59,371 nucleotides of DNA, taken from the IMG/VR virus record IMGVR_UViG_3300032234_000591, positions 1 to 59,371 of that record; one strand, 5' to 3'. The notes below the pieces were generated by a model, which worked only from the letters and a program-made list of their open reading frames with translations, did not search any database and was not told where the DNA came from. This stretch comes from a virus. Its lineage: Duplodnaviria > Caudoviricetes. Position numbers and translations under genes: made by a program. This document shows, piece by piece, positions 31,275 to 41,414 of this stretch (positions are counted from its first letter, which is position 1; each line of letters begins with the position of its first letter).

Positions 31275-32236
31275 TAAAGAATACCAATTCTAGTAATGCT
31301 TCTCTTATACTTATCAAGTATTTTATCAACTAGCATATTTCCAGTACCATCTAAAACTGTCTTATCAAATTGAATCTTAAACTGTTCTGTATTATATGAG
31401 GTTACATATCTCTTGTAATAGTCTATTTTTCCACACTTAACATCTTCAATAAGCATAAGTGCTGCTTCATAAATATCGTGTGGAACAACTTTGTATCCTG
31501 TTTCAAGCAAGAATAGATAGTCCCATCCTTCTGGGAATGCTGCTCCAGTTGAAAAGGTGTAGGCATTCTCGCTGTAGTCTGTATCATAAACGTTAAATGA
31601 GTCAGATGGTGCAACAGGAAGATTAAGACCCTTTTGCTCAGATCTATTATTAATTAATCCTTCGGTTGAAGATGTTTTAACAATTGCTGTTTTATCTTTT
31701 GTAAGTGCATATGACCATTCTCCAATATAAGATGGATCTTCGCTTGAATCATATACTAAAGATGAGTTTTCATATGCCTTTAAAATTTTGTATACCTTTT
31801 CCCAAATAGGAAGGTAATCAGTTCCTTGTCCAGACTGATCAAACCAATCAACCTTATAGTAAAATCCGCCAGTGATTGAATCAATGATTGCTCTTGCAAT
31901 TCTTTCATACTGTGCATACTCTGCTATTTCTGATGCTGTAGTCCCAAGCTTATTAGGATTAACATATGGTCTCTTGATCTCAAGATTATCTTCTACTACT
32001 ATCCTATCTTGGTCTTTGACTTCTTCATAAATAACTAATGAGTAACTATCATCATACTGGGAAAATTCTCCAGCCAGCTCTATTATAACCTTGGAACTAG
32101 CATTAGACTCTATCTCATACTCTCCAAGGATATCATTTCTATCTTTGTCTTTAATCTCTACAATGTGCAAGGTGTCTGACTGTGGCACTTCATAGGTGGC
32201 AAAAATAGGATATGGTGGTATTCTTAAAACTTCCAT
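31274..32236 (-). CDS. head-to-tail adaptor
   Basis: ARAIIDSITG...GYKVVPHDIYEAALMLI...VDKILDKY, a gp6/gp15-like pattern. Confidence 0.65.
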   Translation of the reverse strand: MEVLRIPPYPIFATYEVPQSDTLHIVEIKDKDRNDILGEYEIESNASSKVIIELAGEFSQYDDSYSLVIYEEVKDQDRIVVEDNLEIKRPYVNPNKLGTTASEIAEYAQYERIARAIIDSITGGFYYKVDWFDQSGQGTDYLPIWEKVYKILKAYENSSLVYDSSEDPSYIGEWSYALTKDKTAIVKTSSTEGLINNRSEQKGLNLPVAPSDSFNVYDTDYSENAYTFSTGAAFPEGWDYLFLLETGYKVVPHDIYEAALMLIEDVKCGKIDYYKRYVTSYNTEQFKIQFDKTVLDGTGNMLVDKILDKYKRSITRIGIL

Positions 32237-32574
32237 TATTTACCGTATGCTCTCTTCACTTCTTCTGGGGTAGCTGGACGAACAGATTTATTAGTAATCC
32301 ATTTTTCAGCATCCTCTGCAGTGACTATATTATAACCTTTAGTTAATGCTCCCACACCATTCCAATTAAGATTGCGAAGTGAATATACTGCAACCTTTTC
32401 TTGTGGTGCCTTTGGTTTAACAACTAATTCTTCTTTTTCTTTTGGTATAAAACTAAAAATTACTTCTAAAATTTCGCCCTTTGTACTTACCCCATATAGG
32501 TCAATATTATTTTTCTTTGCATATGATCTTAGTTCAAACACAGTCTTTTTATTTAGTTCATCTATTAATGACAT
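32236..32574 (-). CDS. small protein with Rho-N/HeH-like N-terminus
   Basis: LNKKTVFELRSYAKKNNIDLYGVSTKGEILEVI; start MSLIDE has a GGAGG SD. Confidence 0.6.
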   Translation of the reverse strand: MSLIDELNKKTVFELRSYAKKNNIDLYGVSTKGEILEVIFSFIPKEKEELVVKPKAPQEKVAVYSLRNLNWNGVGALTKGYNIVTAEDAEKWITNKSVRPATPEEVKRAYGK

Positions 32575-32605
32575 TATGACCTCCACTGCTATTATATCAG
32601 AATAT

Positions 32606-32637
32606 GACAAAGGAGGGCAGATATTCTCCGCCCTCCT
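32606..32637 (-). terminator. intrinsic terminator after the capsid gene
   Basis: Minus strand AGGAGGGC-GGAGAATATCT-GCCCTCCT followed by TTGTC. Confidence 0.7.
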
Positions 32638-32655
32638 CGTCTTTATAATCAGAGA

Positions 32656-33780
32656 TTATGAATCTGATGCTGCGTCTGCGTAAGCGACTGCATCAAGCTC
32701 TTCCCACTGAAGACCAAAACGGACGAATACTGTGTATTCAATTGTGTCCTTCTTTGGCTGGTATGTACGGTTTACAGTGATATCACGCTGGAATCCCCAT
32801 ACACGGTTTGCTGGGAATGTAAGGTCTACATATCCTGCTGGGTAGTATGGAACTTCCTGAACATCAACACCGAGAACACGTGTTGTACGTGCTCCACCGA
32901 ATGTCTGTGCTGCACCATCAAGGTATGCCTGACGGTTTGCCTCTGTTCCACCATTACGTGGTGCGAATGCTTCTGCAATTGCATCTGCAAGAGTACCGTT
33001 ATTCTTAACGATTCCCTGGAATGCATCTGTACCTGCATAGAACTTCAAGTTAGACTTGATAGCACGGTACTTGCGTGGCATTGCAAGAATGATGTCCTGC
33101 ATAACTTCTGGTGTCCATGCATTGTTAGCAACTGTTACGATTGCCTCGTGTGCATCTGAACCATCTGTAACCTTGTGGACAAAGCCTTCCATGATTCCAA
33201 GGAAGTCATCTGATCCACCATCGCCATTAATAGCGAGGTCTTCAATGTCGTTAGCGAAAGCATTGGTCATCAAGCGAACTAGATGATCTTCAAGTGCTGC
33301 GCCTTCAATATTGTCTTCAAGAGCTTCTGTTGAAACTTCCCAGTCAAGACGAATCTTCTTGGTTGTAAGCTCAACCTTAGAGAATGTTGCACCTGCATTT
33401 TCAAATGTAGGCTGTGCCTGTGCTGCTGCACGAATGACACGCTCTCCAACGTTAACCTTCTCAAGTTCCATTGTGTTAGCTCTCATTGTAACTCTACGGC
33501 CATCCTTGGCTAGTACAGTTGCATCCCATACGTAATCAATAAAACGACGAGCCTGCTCTGGTGCTAGAATACCACCTGGTGTACCAGTTGGATTTACTGC
33601 GTTTGGTCCAGAAAAGTCTCCGTAGTTAGCTGTAGCAATGTTACCAAGCGAAGCTGCTGGATTTAGATTTCCATTAGGTCCTTGTGCTACTGCACCTCCG
33701 ATGCCGCCTGAAACTGCAACGCCATCACCTGTTGGATGATTAAAAGACTTTTCAAGATCTGTGTTATTTTGTTCTGACAT
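32656..33780 (-). CDS. major capsid protein (HK97 fold)
   Basis: GGILAPEQARRFID, ELTTKKIRLDWEVSTEALEDNIEG, DIEDLAINGD; start MSEQNN with GGAGG SD. Confidence 0.92.
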   Translation of the reverse strand: MSEQNNTDLEKSFNHPTGDGVAVSGGIGGAVAQGPNGNLNPAASLGNIATANYGDFSGPNAVNPTGTPGGILAPEQARRFIDYVWDATVLAKDGRRVTMRANTMELEKVNVGERVIRAAAQAQPTFENAGATFSKVELTTKKIRLDWEVSTEALEDNIEGAALEDHLVRLMTNAFANDIEDLAINGDGGSDDFLGIMEGFVHKVTDGSDAHEAIVTVANNAWTPEVMQDIILAMPRKYRAIKSNLKFYAGTDAFQGIVKNNGTLADAIAEAFAPRNGGTEANRQAYLDGAAQTFGGARTTRVLGVDVQEVPYYPAGYVDLTFPANRVWGFQRDITVNRTYQPKKDTIEYTVFVRFGLQWEELDAVAYADAASDS

Positions 33781-33806
33781 ATTGTTCACCTCCTAGTGAT
33801 TTTGTT

Positions 33807-34340
33807 TTAGTTAAATAGGTCGGAATTTGTGAGGAAACGTCCGCCCCATAGGGATTTCTGAATCACTTTTGGTGATTCCTGTACAATCTCGCCGAGATCG
33901 CCAGACTTGCGGAAAGCTGTTTCTGCAACTACGGCATCAACTGTCTTTCCAAACTCATTAAAGCTGCCCTTAACTTCCTTAACCTCAGCGGTTACGGACT
34001 CAAGAGACTTTGTAATTGCATCAACATTTGACTGCATAGCCTTTACTGTTGCTGCTAGATCGCTCAAGGCATTAGTTACAGAGTTCTGAATATCAGAAAC
34101 TGCTTTTGCAACTTCTGCTGTTGCTGTTGCAACCTCAACGATTGCTTCATCAGCCTTCTCTGTTACTTCTTCAATAGAAGGAGCACTAACCTCTTCAACT
34201 GCAACATCTGACTTTTCAGTAACAGCCTCTGCTGTAACCTCTGGTGTTTCTGCTACAATCTCTGCTGGAGCCTCTGGAGCAACCTCAACTTTTTCAACTT
34301 CTGGAGTTGCTTCTGCAACTACATCTGTATTTTCTGTCAT
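33807..34340 (-). CDS. probable nested scaffolding protein (internal in-frame start)
   Basis: AAAGGAGGATAATCCT-ATG inside the protease gene, exactly at the domain boundary (MTENTDVV). Confidence 0.65.
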   Translation of the reverse strand: MTENTDVVAEATPEVEKVEVAPEAPAEIVAETPEVTAEAVTEKSDVAVEEVSAPSIEEVTEKADEAIVEVATATAEVAKAVSDIQNSVTNALSDLAATVKAMQSNVDAITKSLESVTAEVKEVKGSFNEFGKTVDAVVAETAFRKSGDLGEIVQESPKVIQKSLWGGRFLTNSDLFN

Positions 34341-35099
34341 AGGATTATCCTCCTTTGCTATCTTAATTGTTCTAATGCCTTTTGCACTATCAACTAAGAA
34401 CTTTATCATTGTGGTTTTTTCTGAATCATTTTTTTCAACAAATCCAATATTCTTCATCTCTTCACCAGATACTGGGCTAAGCTCTGTTTCATTTTCAGAT
34501 ACTGTAACAAGGCCAGACTCTGCATCCCAGAATACGTTTTCAACAACAGTATCTGCTGATGATCCTGTGATTGTATTTACACCGTCAACTTTTTCAACTG
34601 ACATAATATTTGCAAACTGATTTGCAGGGGAATCAACAAGACTCAACTCTATCAAATCATATTCTTTAATAACTCTAATTGACTTTTCCAAATTCTCATC
34701 GTAGGCATCATCCCACTTATTCATTCTTCCGCCAATTGAAAAACCAGTGTAGGTTCCGTCTAGAACCTTTTCCCATGCATCTTGTGCACCCTTAGAAATA
34801 TATGCTGAAACAAAAACACCCTTATAGAACTTCTTTGATTCTGGATCAAAGTACTTTTCTTCTTTGAATGAAACCATCTTGCCTACTGCTGATGGCTGAT
34901 GCATTTCTCTTATGTTACCACGGAACTTAGCAAATGCTGCCATAGATGCTTCTGTTGTTACAATGTCATCTTGCTTATCTAGATTGTCTAGAGATGCAAA
35001 ACCAGAGACCATGCGACGGCCTTCATCAACCTTTGTAAGAGGCATTGATAGGCGAACTTTATCACCTTCAGTGGTCCAGTGAGCTTTATTTATATTCAT
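33807..35099 (-). CDS. prohead protease (HK97 type) fused to scaffold
   Basis: VSGFAS..NLDKQDD, REMHQ, GFSIGG, ELSLVDSPANQ; acidic Ala/Glu-rich coiled-coil C-terminal half. Confidence 0.9.
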   Translation of the reverse strand: MNINKAHWTTEGDKVRLSMPLTKVDEGRRMVSGFASLDNLDKQDDIVTTEASMAAFAKFRGNIREMHQPSAVGKMVSFKEEKYFDPESKKFYKGVFVSAYISKGAQDAWEKVLDGTYTGFSIGGRMNKWDDAYDENLEKSIRVIKEYDLIELSLVDSPANQFANIMSVEKVDGVNTITGSSADTVVENVFWDAESGLVTVSENETELSPVSGEEMKNIGFVEKNDSEKTTMIKFLVDSAKGIRTIKIAKEDNPMTENTDVVAEATPEVEKVEVAPEAPAEIVAETPEVTAEAVTEKSDVAVEEVSAPSIEEVTEKADEAIVEVATATAEVAKAVSDIQNSVTNALSDLAATVKAMQSNVDAITKSLESVTAEVKEVKGSFNEFGKTVDAVVAETAFRKSGDLGEIVQESPKVIQKSLWGGRFLTNSDLFN

Positions 35100-35108
35100 A
35101 GCGTTTCT

Positions 35109-35117
35109 ATTATACCA
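35109..35117 (-). promoter_or_regulatory. extended -10 promoter TGGTATAAT (protease/capsid operon)
   Basis: 9 nt before the ATG at 35099; no SD. Confidence 0.7.
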
Positions 35118-35139
35118 AACCTTTTATAACTTTTCTTAA

Positions 35140-36750
35140 TTATTGAGACGATCTACCTTCGCCCTGTGCATTACGCCCAGAGATAGTTGCAGGACCATCA
35201 GATTGGTTATTTGCTCTTTCTGCATCCCTTGATCTATTACCAGCAAGATTTGCTGCAGCGTCTGTTGCCTGTCTTGCTGACATAATAAATGGAGCATCTC
35301 CGTCTGGATGTTGAGGAAGACCAATAGCTTCACGAGCTTCGTTTGGCATCATTACCTGAGTCTTTACATATCTTTCAAGAATTTGTGACTGTGTAATTTC
35401 GTCAGTTAGTGTAAGTTCATTAAACCTAAGTTCAAGAATATCTGTTTTCTCTTTGATAATTTTGCTAATGACTTTATTTAGATGTCCTTGTGCTGGACGA
35501 GAAACCTGCTCTTTGAATGTTCTATCTTGTGCTATGGATGCTGCGATTGCTGCTGAATCAGTACCGCCAAGTTTTGAAATTGGAACCTGATGAGCAACAA
35601 GAATATCATCACGATTTTGCTTACGATATTCTTTAAATGATCCATCTTGAATACCATTCTCAATTGGTTCCATTTTGAAATCAACTTTATTTTGATCAGT
35701 ATCTCCAGGAAGTGGTATGTAAAGTGTTCTATGTGACTGCGCCTTTAAACCAGTCTGTAAGAAACGGAACATCTTGTCTTCTGCTTCTCCAGATAGTTTT
35801 GCACCTTTTAGCGTTACAACATATCTTGGAACAGCCTTGTTTTCAAAATAATCAATGTTATATTGTGAAGCAAGCTGATCACCAAGAAGTGATGGAAGTG
35901 CTGCGATAATATCAGGAATACCATAATATGTATTTAGTGGAGAATATTCTTTAATATGAATAATCTCATTTGGACGTGGATCTGATGTTACTGGATTAGC
36001 ATTCTTTGCACCAAAGTTTCTAAAGTAAACAATCTTTTGTCCAATAATTTGCATATATCCATCACGCAAACGACGAACACGAACAGTGGTTGATGGTATG
36101 TGACCAATATATCCAATGTCTCCATTAACAGTGCGACCTACTTCAATATATCCATTTCCAGTAGACTCAACATCTGTATAAACTTTTTCCATTGTCTTAG
36201 TGAAAGAATCATCATCATTAAGGTTTTCTAGCCAATCACGCATTTCAAGTTTCATTCTCTCAATACGCTTACGAGCACGTGCAACGGCTGCCTCATCTTC
36301 TTTATTTTCAAGAGTCATCATTGTACGATCAGTTACCTCAAATGAATAACCAAGTCCAACAATATTTGCTACCTTGGCATCAATAGCAGCATGGTTAGCA
36401 AATGATGTGTCATAAAAGTTTGCAAGTTCATATAAATTGTATGGTGGAGTAATTACATCATAGATTCCATAACCATTACGATATACAGTTCCAGGGTTGA
36501 TTGCCTTTGATCCCGCATCTGATCCTACAGAATTTGCATTAGCTGAATCAAGATATGCTTGACTATTTACATCTACAGCCTTTCCAATATTTCTTGCAGT
36601 TCTTCTGCGAAAGTTTTGATCTAATCCAGAATAATCTTTTAAAACGTCCCAAGACTTATTGAATGGGTCTTGATCCTTAAATGGATTATCTTTTTCGTCT
36701 TGTGTATTTAGACTTGCAGAAATATATGTGTAGTCTTGATCTTTACTCAT
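35140..36750 (-). CDS. portal protein
   Basis: GNGYIEV, EIIHIK..SP...YYGIPD, YFENKAVP, ILVAHQVP, MMPNEAREAIGLP; start MSKDQDY. Confidence 0.93.
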   Translation of the reverse strand: MSKDQDYTYISASLNTQDEKDNPFKDQDPFNKSWDVLKDYSGLDQNFRRRTARNIGKAVDVNSQAYLDSANANSVGSDAGSKAINPGTVYRNGYGIYDVITPPYNLYELANFYDTSFANHAAIDAKVANIVGLGYSFEVTDRTMMTLENKEDEAAVARARKRIERMKLEMRDWLENLNDDDSFTKTMEKVYTDVESTGNGYIEVGRTVNGDIGYIGHIPSTTVRVRRLRDGYMQIIGQKIVYFRNFGAKNANPVTSDPRPNEIIHIKEYSPLNTYYGIPDIIAALPSLLGDQLASQYNIDYFENKAVPRYVVTLKGAKLSGEAEDKMFRFLQTGLKAQSHRTLYIPLPGDTDQNKVDFKMEPIENGIQDGSFKEYRKQNRDDILVAHQVPISKLGGTDSAAIAASIAQDRTFKEQVSRPAQGHLNKVISKIIKEKTDILELRFNELTLTDEITQSQILERYVKTQVMMPNEAREAIGLPQHPDGDAPFIMSARQATDAAANLAGNRSRDAERANNQSDGPATISGRNAQGEGRSSQ

Positions 36751-37150
36751 CAAATGCTTCTTTCCCGTGAGTTTTAAGAGTCTGTTGTGCTGCATGCCAT
36801 GCACCCAAATCATTCATTGATGGAATCAAACCATTAACCATACGATCAAGCTGCTCTGAATGCTCTTCTTCACTAATTCTAGTTAGTCCAGGAACAAATA
36901 CTGCTTCACCATCTCCAGGATCTCCATAATGTCTTGCTGCATTCTTTAGCTCAGTAATCTTTGCAATATCACCACGCATAGATGGAATATTCAAAACAGA
37001 TCCTTCTCCATCTGTAAACCATCTTCCAGAAGCCTTTTTATAAACATAAAGGCCCCAGTCATAGTTCTTTTCAATTACCTTTTTACGGACATTTCCAATG
37101 ATTGGCAGACCAGTTCTTGGATTAATTAGTGGATTATTTGATTTACTCAT
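36743..37150 (-). CDS. hypothetical protein upstream of the portal
   Basis: ORF overlapping the portal start; promoter motif 7 nt upstream of the ATG at 37150. Confidence 0.7.
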   Translation of the reverse strand: MSKSNNPLINPRTGLPIIGNVRKKVIEKNYDWGLYVYKKASGRWFTDGEGSVLNIPSMRGDIAKITELKNAARHYGDPGDGEAVFVPGLTRISEEEHSEQLDRMVNGLIPSMNDLGAWHAAQQTLKTHGKEAFDE

Positions 37151-37197
37151 AACCATAAGTATACCACAATGATGTTAAAGTGAACTACACATAACCA

Positions 37198-39231
37198 TTA
37201 GTAGAATTTAATCTCACATGCGTCTGTTGAGCAATATGCCTCACCTGCAGCCTCAAGATTTTCTACACCATCATAGATGGCAGACCAGTCAATCTTACCA
37301 ATCTTACCAACGTATGCATTATATTCTTCTCTTGTGATTTCAGTATATGGTTGCTGAGGATATGTCTTATTTCCCATTGGAAGGAATGAAACTGCCTTAA
37401 GCTGCCCCTCATACATATTTAGTGCTGGAGCAACAAACTTCTTCTCTTCCTCCTTATCAAATGACAGGGTTACAGAAACACCATTATCTGACCAGTACTT
37501 CTGAGCAGTTGCTGCAAGACCAATCTTTTCAAACAAACTTACCTGCTTCTCAGAACGCTTGTGTCCTGATGCCACTGGGAAGTATACTACTGAGGTATTT
37601 GCTGATACTAGATCATCTTCAATCTTATACCCCGCTGCTTTGAAAAGATGAAGCATTGGATCTTGATTACCAAAACGAATAGCACGAAGATAGAATTCTC
37701 CACCAGGTCCCCAGTGAACTCCAGGGGTAGCACCAGAAAGGAGCGAAACAGATCCTGATGGCTTAACTGTTGTTACACGAACTGATTCACGAACACATAG
37801 CCATTCTGAATAACGATGATCATGCTTACGAATTGTATTATAACCTTCGTCCATCCACTCACGTGTTGTTGGAAGACCATGCTCATCAGCAAATGCAGCA
37901 ATACCTGTCAAAGATGTACCAATACGACGGTTTCTTTGCATAATACCGTTTGTCTGTTGCCAATGTGTTGGCATCAAAGTTACAGTCTTTCCATAAAGGT
38001 AAGCAAACTTCAATGTCTTGAGGAAGTCCTCCTTGGATTCATGACGGTTCAAGTGCACTTCTACAAGTGTACAAAGTTCGTATGACTCCAATGGCTGCTC
38101 CGCACAAGGATTGAAGCCCATAATGCGAGTGTCCTTATAGTCAGGAGCATCTGCAAGACGGCCATAATTACGAGCAACATCAAGCCAGATAAAACCTGGC
38201 TCTCCGTTATCTGCAATTAAATCTACATAATCTTCATACTTGGTTCCAACTTCTGCTGCGATTGAGTTATTTGACATCCATGCCCAGCCTGGCTTTTCTG
38301 GATCATATGAATTTCTTTCTGGAAATACTTCTGGATTCTTCAGATTAATAAATCCTTCATCATTTGGTGTACCAAGTGCAAGGGTAGCAGAACGACGAAC
38401 ATTTCCAGAAACAACGCATGTACCAATAAGATTTACAATGTCTACAATAGCACGGCTATCTAAATGCTCTCCTGCTCTAGAACCAATTACATTTCTAATC
38501 CGTGTATGGAGATCAATAAGTGGCTGTGGACCGCTTGCAACGCCTCCAAAGCCCTTAATAGGGGCTCCTAGAGGACGGATAAGGTCATAGCTAAATTCTT
38601 GAATTGATTGATTCTGGCGTAGGAATGAGTTGATCAAAAGACGAACTGATTCAACCCATCCTTCACGAGTATCAGGAATTTCATAAATAGATACTGGCTC
38701 TGTTGGTGCATAAATAGACATCTGCTTATCTTGTCCAAGAGTATCAAATCCTACTCCAATACCCAGCATCAATGCATCCATAACCCAGGCAAATAGGGCT
38801 CCTGGATCATTGCGATCAATATCACGAGTAGACACCATTGCACAATTTTGAAGGGAAGCAGAGTTACGCTTCTCCATAGTCATTGGAGTACCAAATGCCC
38901 ATAGGCCTCTTCCTGGTGGTGTCCACTTCAATTCAAACATTCTTTGGAATGCCTCTTGAGCAGACTTCTGTGCCTTATTATCATTCCATGGTAGACGGTT
39001 ATCCTTAGCATGGTTCTTCTGTACTGAGTACATACCCTCAATTACACGACGGCAGACTTCATGCCAGCGTTCCTTTGTGCCGTCCTCTTTTACACGGGAA
39101 TAAGTACGAATGAACGTAATCTCTCCTAATGAGTTAGATCCTGCATCTGAGAATCCAAATGGTGCAGGGACAGTAGAGTACTTATTTACAAAGTCCTCTG
39201 ATAGACGGAATGAGAATACACTTTCTGACAT
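37198..39231 (-). CDS. nrdJ: class II (adenosylcobalamin-dependent) ribonucleotide reductase, monomeric RTPR type
   Basis: RTYSR, PPGRGLW, LQNCA, GNVRRSA, NPCAEQ, TTVKPSGSVS, C-terminal CSTDAC. Confidence 0.93.
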   Translation of the reverse strand: MSESVFSFRLSEDFVNKYSTVPAPFGFSDAGSNSLGEITFIRTYSRVKEDGTKERWHEVCRRVIEGMYSVQKNHAKDNRLPWNDNKAQKSAQEAFQRMFELKWTPPGRGLWAFGTPMTMEKRNSASLQNCAMVSTRDIDRNDPGALFAWVMDALMLGIGVGFDTLGQDKQMSIYAPTEPVSIYEIPDTREGWVESVRLLINSFLRQNQSIQEFSYDLIRPLGAPIKGFGGVASGPQPLIDLHTRIRNVIGSRAGEHLDSRAIVDIVNLIGTCVVSGNVRRSATLALGTPNDEGFINLKNPEVFPERNSYDPEKPGWAWMSNNSIAAEVGTKYEDYVDLIADNGEPGFIWLDVARNYGRLADAPDYKDTRIMGFNPCAEQPLESYELCTLVEVHLNRHESKEDFLKTLKFAYLYGKTVTLMPTHWQQTNGIMQRNRRIGTSLTGIAAFADEHGLPTTREWMDEGYNTIRKHDHRYSEWLCVRESVRVTTVKPSGSVSLLSGATPGVHWGPGGEFYLRAIRFGNQDPMLHLFKAAGYKIEDDLVSANTSVVYFPVASGHKRSEKQVSLFEKIGLAATAQKYWSDNGVSVTLSFDKEEEKKFVAPALNMYEGQLKAVSFLPMGNKTYPQQPYTEITREEYNAYVGKIGKIDWSAIYDGVENLEAAGEAYCSTDACEIKFY

Positions 39232-39382
39232 TTATATACCTTTCAAAGTAAAATTGATGAGAGCTTTGCTATTTGCAAAGTAGTGTTAAGTATATCATAA
39301 ATTTAGAAAGAAAGTTACGCTCAATAAAGATGTATGAATGTTTAGTTGAAGGTTAGTACTTTTTAATTAAATAAGTTCTGTC

Positions 39383-40048
39383 TCAAAATTTGGTACTATT
39401 GATGTGACAAATTTCAATTTGATTTATATTTACATGTTTTGGTAATGATCCAACCCAATAAATTGATTCTGCTAAATCATCTGCAGTTAATGCTTGTTCT
39501 CTCTTTTGTTCTTGAGTATCAATGGTCGCAGGACATATTTCTGTTATTTTAATACCATACTGAGGAAACTCTAATCTCATTGTATCAATAAGTCCTCTTT
39601 CACCCCTCTTGGCATTTGTATAATTGCCACCTCCACGATATGGTATTTTTCCTCCAAAAGAAGTAATAAAAATAATTGTCGGAGACTCTGACCTTTCCAT
39701 ACATGGGACAAAAAGTTGAGACAGATACATTGGGCCAGTGACATTTATATCATATGCTCTTCTAAAATTCTCTGGTGTTTCATTAATAATATATGTAGGG
39801 GATGAACCTCCACCAGCATTATTTACTAATAGGTCCAAAGTTATGTCTTTGTATTTTTCAGCAAACATTTCTATTGCTAATGAATCTGTAACATCTAGCT
39901 CATAAACCTCAACATTATCTGATATTAGTTGAGAAACTTTAGATAAATCTCTTGAAACAGCAACAACCCTATAGCCATTTTCTGAAAGGCGCTTAACTGT
40001 TGCTAGCCCCACCCCTTTACTAGCACCTGTAACTATTGCTGTTTTCAT
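39383..40048 (-). CDS. short-chain dehydrogenase/reductase (YdfG-like)
   Basis: TGASKGVG, NNAGG, catalytic YTNAK, C-terminal LPKHVNIN. Confidence 0.9.
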   Translation of the reverse strand: MKTAIVTGASKGVGLATVKRLSENGYRVVAVSRDLSKVSQLISDNVEVYELDVTDSLAIEMFAEKYKDITLDLLVNNAGGGSSPTYIINETPENFRRAYDINVTGPMYLSQLFVPCMERSESPTIIFITSFGGKIPYRGGGNYTNAKRGERGLIDTMRLEFPQYGIKITEICPATIDTQEQKREQALTADDLAESIYWVGSLPKHVNINQIEICHINSTKF

Positions 40049-40053
40049 TTATG

Positions 40054-40743
40054 CTACATAGAGCCTTTATGCAGTTCCATATTATTATGAATCCAGTGTC
40101 CTGGAACCATATACTTAAATCCCGTTTTTACAATGTGGGCAGTATGATGATATGGAGCTGATGATGGAAATATTATAATGCTTCCAGCTTTAGGCTTAAG
40201 TCCAAAGTCTATTTCTTTGTTTGCTACTGCAATATCATAGTCAAGATCTGGAGAAGGGAAAGTTCCAATATCTGTATACTCAGACAAGGTAAATGAAATT
40301 TCACCACCCTCAAAATCATCATTAAGATACATAACCAAAGAGTATCTAAGAGTCTGATCACCATCTAGCTGATCAAAGTGTGCCCCCATTCCAATTCCAG
40401 ACCTATACTTCTTTATATTGAATACTGGAAATAGTCTTGGCTCATCATTATCACCTATTGAAGTGGCATAATCTTTAGAAACATCATAGAATGATTCCAT
40501 AATAGTGTCAAAAATATAGGACATCTTTGTTTTGTATGGCTCTTCTAGATCTTTAATTTTATTGCTATCAAAAGCTTTTGTTTGTCCGTAAATAAAATCT
40601 TTATCGTTTGATGCTGTCCAATTTTCCCATGGCTGATGACCATTAAGCTCGTCTAGCTCATCAATTGTTTTCATGAGCTGATCAAAGTTTTTAACACCAT
40701 CTTCGTAATAGTATACCTTTTCATGCAATATTTCTTTTTTCAT
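40054..40743 (-). CDS. 2OG-Fe(II) oxygenase, prolyl-4-hydroxylase-like
   Basis: HFD...YLNDDFEGGEI...HTAHIVKTGFKY. Confidence 0.88.
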   Translation of the reverse strand: MKKEILHEKVYYYEDGVKNFDQLMKTIDELDELNGHQPWENWTASNDKDFIYGQTKAFDSNKIKDLEEPYKTKMSYIFDTIMESFYDVSKDYATSIGDNDEPRLFPVFNIKKYRSGIGMGAHFDQLDGDQTLRYSLVMYLNDDFEGGEISFTLSEYTDIGTFPSPDLDYDIAVANKEIDFGLKPKAGSIIIFPSSAPYHHTAHIVKTGFKYMVPGHWIHNNMELHKGSM

Positions 40744-40752
40744 TTGATCTCC

Positions 40753-41412
40753 TCAGTATTTGTTGTTTTCATAAAAGTTAGTAGTTTTAATAAATCCAAC
40801 AAGGACATACCTAATTGGACCCTTACCTACGTGTCTTACACCATGTCTATATTCATCGTTACCTGGAAATAAAAGCAGTGATCCAGGCTTTGGTTTTATC
40901 TCTATGTTGGCATTTTCAAAAAATAATTCTCCATCCACATAGTCATCATTGAGATATAAAATTGCAGCATGCTGTATTGATGGATCTGTATGCTGGTCTG
41001 TATGTGATTTTAATTCAACTCCATCTTGCATTCTTTGAATTGTTGCAAAACCACTCAATTCAAGAGTACTATCAGAGTCAGATACAACTTTACTTAATCT
41101 TTTGTAAATTGGAAGAAACACATCTTCACTTGATATATTAAGATTTTTATCACTCCAGTTTTGGGTTATTTCAAACTTTCCCTCAGCGACCAAGTTATCA
41201 ACATCATCTCTGCCAAACTTTTCCATACAAAATCTTTTTAAGTTTGAGTGATATTCAATATACCAATCTTCTTCTGGCGTATTATTTATAATATCAAACA
41301 TTTCTTGTAATTCTTCTTTTAATAAAAAATTTTCTATTAGCAGAACATCTTCTGTTATATTTTTAACAACAAAGTTATTTGCTTCTAGTTCTTTTTTTAA
41401 AAAAGCAGCCAC
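40753..41412 (-). CDS. 2OG-Fe(II) oxygenase, prolyl-4-hydroxylase-like
   Basis: HTD...YLNDDYVDGEL...HGVRHVGKGPIRY. Confidence 0.88.
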   Translation of the reverse strand: MAAFLKKELEANNFVVKNITEDVLLIENFLLKEELQEMFDIINNTPEEDWYIEYHSNLKRFCMEKFGRDDVDNLVAEGKFEITQNWSDKNLNISSEDVFLPIYKRLSKVVSDSDSTLELSGFATIQRMQDGVELKSHTDQHTDPSIQHAAILYLNDDYVDGELFFENANIEIKPKPGSLLLFPGNDEYRHGVRHVGKGPIRYVLVGFIKTTNFYENNKY

Positions 41413-41414
41413 AA

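Noticed and set aside
39264-39280. Small palindrome CTTTGC-TATTT-GCAAAG in the nrdJ leader as a cobalamin riboswitch or NrdR box
   Set aside because: The leader is only about 50 nt, too short for a cobalamin riboswitch, and does not match the NrdR consensus; at most an operator or stabilising hairpin.
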